Shown here one piece after another: positions 7,839-10,831 of a stretch of DNA of 10,831 bases. Numbering within the stretch: the stretch's first letter is position 1; every line of letters starts with the position of its first letter. Origin of the DNA: Planctomycetota bacterium (GTDB lineage: Bacteria > Planctomycetota > UBA1135 > UBA2386); assembly GCA_947501605.1 (NCBI GenBank), contig CANMWZ010000065.1, positions 1-10,831 on the forward strand, given 5' to 3'. Position numbers and translations under genes: made by a program. The notes under the pieces are model-generated. The model did not search any database and was not told the DNA's origin. It saw nothing but the letters and a program-made list of their open reading frames with translations.

Positions 7839-7865
7839 CAACCGATGCCATCGGGGCGCGTGACA
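7839..7865 (-). promoter_or_regulatory. Conserved motif copy 2 (TGTCAC-gcgccc-CGATGGCAtCGGTTG), candidate ECF promoter or operator of the Kelch gene
   Basis: Same motif and spacing as 3364-3390. Ends 28 nt before the Kelch ATG, leaving room for the AGGAG site. Contains the palindrome CCGATG-G-CATCGG. Confidence 0.65.
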
Positions 7866-7875
7866 CAGAAAGCCT

Positions 7876-7917
7876 CCGACGCATCGCAGCCGCTCTCCAG
7901 TAGCCACGATGCGTCGG
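7876..7917 (-). repeat. Inverted repeat / RNA hairpin (possible terminator or stabiliser)
   Basis: Perfect 11-bp arms CCGACGCATCG (7876-7886) and CGATGCGTCGG (7907-7917). On the minus strand the stem extends inward through G-U pairs and is followed by AGGCUUUCUG. Confidence 0.6.
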
Positions 7918-7950
7918 TTCGCGCCCTGCTCGCGCAGTGCGAGCGAACCA

Positions 7951-7977
7951 GAATCGCCCACGCCGACCCGCGTGACA
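7951..7977 (-). promoter_or_regulatory. Weaker third motif copy (TGTCAC-N15-CGATTC)
   Basis: Same TGTCAC hexamer and 15-nt distance to a CG.TT element, but the CGATGGCA core is absent. Confidence 0.35.
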
Positions 7978-7994
7978 GAAAATCTGTCGCGCTG

Positions 7995-9629
7995 CTACGC
8001 GTGCACGCCCGGCGCTTCCATGCCGGTCTTCTCGACCCATTCGATGTAGCTGCCCGGATAGACGAGCGGCGCGCCGCCGCTTGGGCACGCGGACACATCG
8101 AGCACGCGATTCGCCAAACCGCGCAAGAACGTGCGGTCGTGGCTCACGAAGATCATCGTGCCGTCGAAGTTGCGCAGCGTCTCGACCAGCATCTGCTTGG
8201 TCACGAGATCGAGATGGTTGGTCGGCTCGTCGAGCACCAAGAAGTTCGGCGGATCGAACAGCATCTGCGCCAGCACCAGCCGCGACTTCTCGCCGCCGCT
8301 CAGGATCTCGACGCGCTTGTCCGGCTCGTCGCCCGAGAACTGGAACGCGCCCAGCAGCGTGCGCTTCGTGCCTTCGCCGACCAGCGGGAACTTGCTGTCG
8401 AGCTGGCCGAGCACGGTCAGCTTCGGGTCGAGCACCTCGAGCGACTGCTGCGCGAAGTAGCCCAGCACCACGCTCGGTCCGATCTTGACCTGGCCTGCGT
8501 CCGGCGCGAGCGCGCCCGAGAGCATCTTGAGCAACGTGCTCTTGCCGGCGCCGTTCTGGCCCATCACTGCCCAGCGTTCGCCGCGGCGGACCTCGAAATC
8601 GAAGTTCTTGTAGATCGTGCGCGTGCCGTAGGTCTTGCCCACGCCCTTGCAGATCGCGACGTCCTCGCCGACGCGCGGCGGCTTGGCCAGCGCGAACGGC
8701 ACGATCACGCGCTTCTTCGGCGGGTCGATGCGTTCGATCTTGTCGATCTTCTTCTGCCGGCTCTGCGCCTGCGCGGCCTTGGCGACGTGCGTGCCGAAGC
8801 GATCGATGAAGCGCTGCATCTTGGCGAGCATCGCCTGCTGGCGACCGAATGCGGCTTCTTGCTTGGTCGCGCGGTCCGCCTGCTGTTTCTCGAGGAAGTC
8901 GTAGTCGCCCGTGTACGAGATCAGCTCGCCATCGTCGATGTCGATGATCCGCTTCACGACGCGGTTCATGAAGTCCTTGTCGTGGCACGTCATCAGCACC
9001 GCGCTGCGCGTGTTCTGCAGATACTGCTCGAGCCACAGGATCGACTCGATGTCGAGGTGGTTCGTCGGTTCGTCCATCAGCAGGACGTCGAAGTCGCCGA
9101 GCAGCACTTTGGCCATGCCGACGCGCATCTTCCAGCCGCCCGAGAGCGCGCCGACGTCGCCCGCGACCATCGACTCGGCGAACCCGAGCCCGTGCAGGAT
9201 CTCCTTCGCACGGGCGGCGAGTTCGTAGCCGCCCATCGCCGCATACTGCTCCTGCACTTCGCCGTAGCGCGCGAGGATCGAGTCCATCTTGGCTTGCTGG
9301 TCCGGGTCCGCCATCGCGGCTTCCAGCTTCTCGATCTCGTGGTGCAGTTCGCCGACCTTGCCGCAGCCGATGATCGTCTCGTCGAGCACCGAGCGCCCAC
9401 TCATCTCGCCCTGTTCCTGGCGGAAGTGGCCGATCGTGACGCGCTTGGGTAGCGACACGTCGCCGTCGTCGGGGTGGTCCTCGCCGGTGATGAGTCGGAA
9501 GATCGTCGACTTGCCGGCGCCGTTGGGGCCGACGAGGCCGACCTTCTCGCCGGGGTCGAGCTGCATGCTCGCGTCGACGAACAGGACCTGATTGCCGTGG
9601 CGCTTGTTGATCTTGTTGAGCGCGATCAT
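7995..9629 (-). CDS. ABC-F family ATP-binding cassette protein (ribosome-associated ATPase, 544 aa)
   Basis: Two ABC domains: GPNGAGKST / LSGGW / LMDEPTNHLD and GQNGAGKST / LSGGEK / VLDEPTNHLD. Helical inter-domain linker (FIDRFGTHVAKAAQAQSRQKKIDK), no TM segments. ATG at 9629 overlaps the upstream TGA (ATGA). Confidence 0.96.
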   Translation of the reverse strand: MIALNKINKRHGNQVLFVDASMQLDPGEKVGLVGPNGAGKSTIFRLITGEDHPDDGDVSLPKRVTIGHFRQEQGEMSGRSVLDETIIGCGKVGELHHEIEKLEAAMADPDQQAKMDSILARYGEVQEQYAAMGGYELAARAKEILHGLGFAESMVAGDVGALSGGWKMRVGMAKVLLGDFDVLLMDEPTNHLDIESILWLEQYLQNTRSAVLMTCHDKDFMNRVVKRIIDIDDGELISYTGDYDFLEKQQADRATKQEAAFGRQQAMLAKMQRFIDRFGTHVAKAAQAQSRQKKIDKIERIDPPKKRVIVPFALAKPPRVGEDVAICKGVGKTYGTRTIYKNFDFEVRRGERWAVMGQNGAGKSTLLKMLSGALAPDAGQVKIGPSVVLGYFAQQSLEVLDPKLTVLGQLDSKFPLVGEGTKRTLLGAFQFSGDEPDKRVEILSGGEKSRLVLAQMLFDPPNFLVLDEPTNHLDLVTKQMLVETLRNFDGTMIFVSHDRTFLRGLANRVLDVSACPSGGAPLVYPGSYIEWVEKTGMEAPGVHA

Positions 9630-10831
9630 CGCCGGCTCTTCTCTCGGTGACGGTTCGTGTAGTCGACGAGCATCTGCCACTGCGCATGCAGGTTGTGCGT
9701 CGTCGTGTCGATGGGCTGCTTGAAGTAACAAGCGAGGTGCGTCATCGGGCCGCTTTCGCCGCGTTGGCGGGCAAGATCGGCAAAACGCACAAGGTCGAGC
9801 ACCAACGGTGCTGCGAGGATCGCATCGCAACCCTGCCACACGAACTGCATCGACATGCGATGGCCGAGGAAGCCTTCGAAATGGATGAAGTCCCAGGCAG
9901 TCTTGTGGTCGTGCAACGACGGCACGTAGTCAATGCCGACGTGGCTGTGCAGCGGGTAGCCGAGGATCTGCGGCAGTAGCGCGTCCTTGCTCGCGATCTT
10001 CGCCGCCTTGTTCTCGTCGTCAGCGAGCACCGCGCCGTCGCGGTCCCCGAGGATGTTGTAGCCCTGCCACGTGAGCACGCGCAGGTTGCGATAGAGGAAC
10101 ATCGGCGCCAGCGCTGACTTGACCAGCGTCTCGCCGGTCTTGCCGTCCATGCCGGCGTACGGCGTGCCGGTCAGCGCAAACAGCTCGCGAATCGCCGGCA
10201 GCAGCGCGGCATTGCTGGGCGTGAAGTGCACGAACGGGAGCGACAGCTTGCCGGCGGCATACGCGTAGAGCGACGAACTGCGGACGGCCTTCTGGTCGTC
10301 CTTGTCGATCGCCTGCTCGAATGCGGCGAGCGAGCGATGCGCCGGAGACGTCTTCAGCACCGGCTCGGTCGAGGTCAGATTGACGCAGACGACGCTGTCG
10401 AGACGGTTCGCCTTCTGGAACGCGAGCAGGTCCTTCTGGAGCTGGTCGAGTTGCTGCCGCAGCGTGCGCGTGTGGCTGTCGTGCGCCCCGGTGACGCGCT
10501 CGATCGTCGCGCCGGCGTTGACCATCACGCCAGGCCGAACGTTCTTGCTCAGTTTCTTGAGATCCGCGGCGAGGGCTCGGTCGAGCGCCTGGGGAAGAGT
10601 GCCGTTCTGCTGGTGGATGTCTTTGGCCGACGCGGCCCAGTCGCCGCCGCGGACCTCGTGGCCACCAAAGACCATCGTCGCAATCGGCGCGAGTGGCAGG
10701 TCGCGGCAGAGCTCGGTCTCGGTCGCGAGACCGTGGGGTGTGGCGAGGCCGCGAACGATCGCGCGCGCGCCGGTCACCAGCGTCGTCGCGAGGCCGCCGT
10801 AGGCGCCAAACAGCCAGACGCCGAGACGGCG
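9626..10831 (-). CDS. ino1: myo-inositol-1-phosphate synthase (inositol-3-phosphate synthase), 5' end outside the window
   Basis: The frame is open to the window edge (RRLGVWLFGAYGGLATT, Rossmann start). Motifs: VNLTSTE, GMDGKTGETLVKS, YNILGDRDG, IDYVPSLHDHKTAWD, WQGCDAILAAPLVLDL, YFKQP. Confidence 0.93.
   Translation of the reverse strand, partial: RRLGVWLFGAYGGLATTLVTGARAIVRGLATPHGLATETELCRDLPLAPIATMVFGGHEVRGGDWAASAKDIHQQNGTLPQALDRALAADLKKLSKNVRPGVMVNAGATIERVTGAHDSHTRTLRQQLDQLQKDLLAFQKANRLDSVVCVNLTSTEPVLKTSPAHRSLAAFEQAIDKDDQKAVRSSSLYAYAAGKLSLPFVHFTPSNAALLPAIRELFALTGTPYAGMDGKTGETLVKSALAPMFLYRNLRVLTWQGYNILGDRDGAVLADDENKAAKIASKDALLPQILGYPLHSHVGIDYVPSLHDHKTAWDFIHFEGFLGHRMSMQFVWQGCDAILAAPLVLDLVRFADLARQRGESGPMTHLACYFKQPIDTTTHNLHAQWQMLVDYTNRHREKSRR

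Noticed and set aside
3364..7977. TGT...ACA inverted ends as terminal inverted repeats of a transposon
   Set aside because: No transposase or integrase in the window, and the immediate flanks (GAATC versus CAGAA or GAAAA) do not form a target-site duplication. Position just before start codons fits a promoter better.
7811..8098. N-terminal extension of the Kelch ORF to 8098 (and of the ABC-F ORF to 9839)
   Set aside because: These overlap neighbouring genes. The internal ATGs at 7810 (SD plus signal peptide) and 9629 (ATGA coupling) are better starts.
7995..9629. ABC-F as an antibiotic-resistance (ARE) factor or transporter subunit
   Set aside because: No permease nearby and nothing in the sequence that I can tie to an ARE subfamily; a housekeeping ABC-F is the simpler reading.
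7623..9687. Long alternative-frame ORFs (7623..9452 +, 7807..9687 -), and likewise 11..817, 908..2623, 1620..2735 and 5898..6989
   Set aside because: Arg/Ala/Pro-rich, without motifs, and overlapping well-supported genes; GC-bias artefacts.

Overview
GC-rich bacterial window, probably Planctomycetota; this is inferred from the style of the kinase, ECF sigma and secreted Kelch proteins, not proven. Seven supportable CDSs, left to right: (+) a 5'-truncated multidomain glycosyltransferase (GT2, degenerate methyltransferase-like domain, GT4); (-) a stand-alone PilZ protein; (+) a membrane Hanks-type Ser/Thr kinase translationally coupled to (+) an ECF sigma factor; (-) a secreted six-repeat Kelch protein with an extra C-terminal domain; (-) an ABC-F ATPase translationally coupled to (-) a 5'-truncated myo-inositol-1-phosphate synthase. 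The most notable signal is a 27-nt motif, TGTCAC-N6-CGATGGCAYCGGTTG. It lies in sense orientation just upstream of both the kinase-ECF operon (3364-3390, +) and the convergent Kelch gene (7839-7865, -), with a weaker third copy at 7951-7977 (-). This suggests a self-contained kinase/ECF/secreted-propeller signalling module with its own promoter. No rRNA, tRNA, CRISPR array or transposase was seen.
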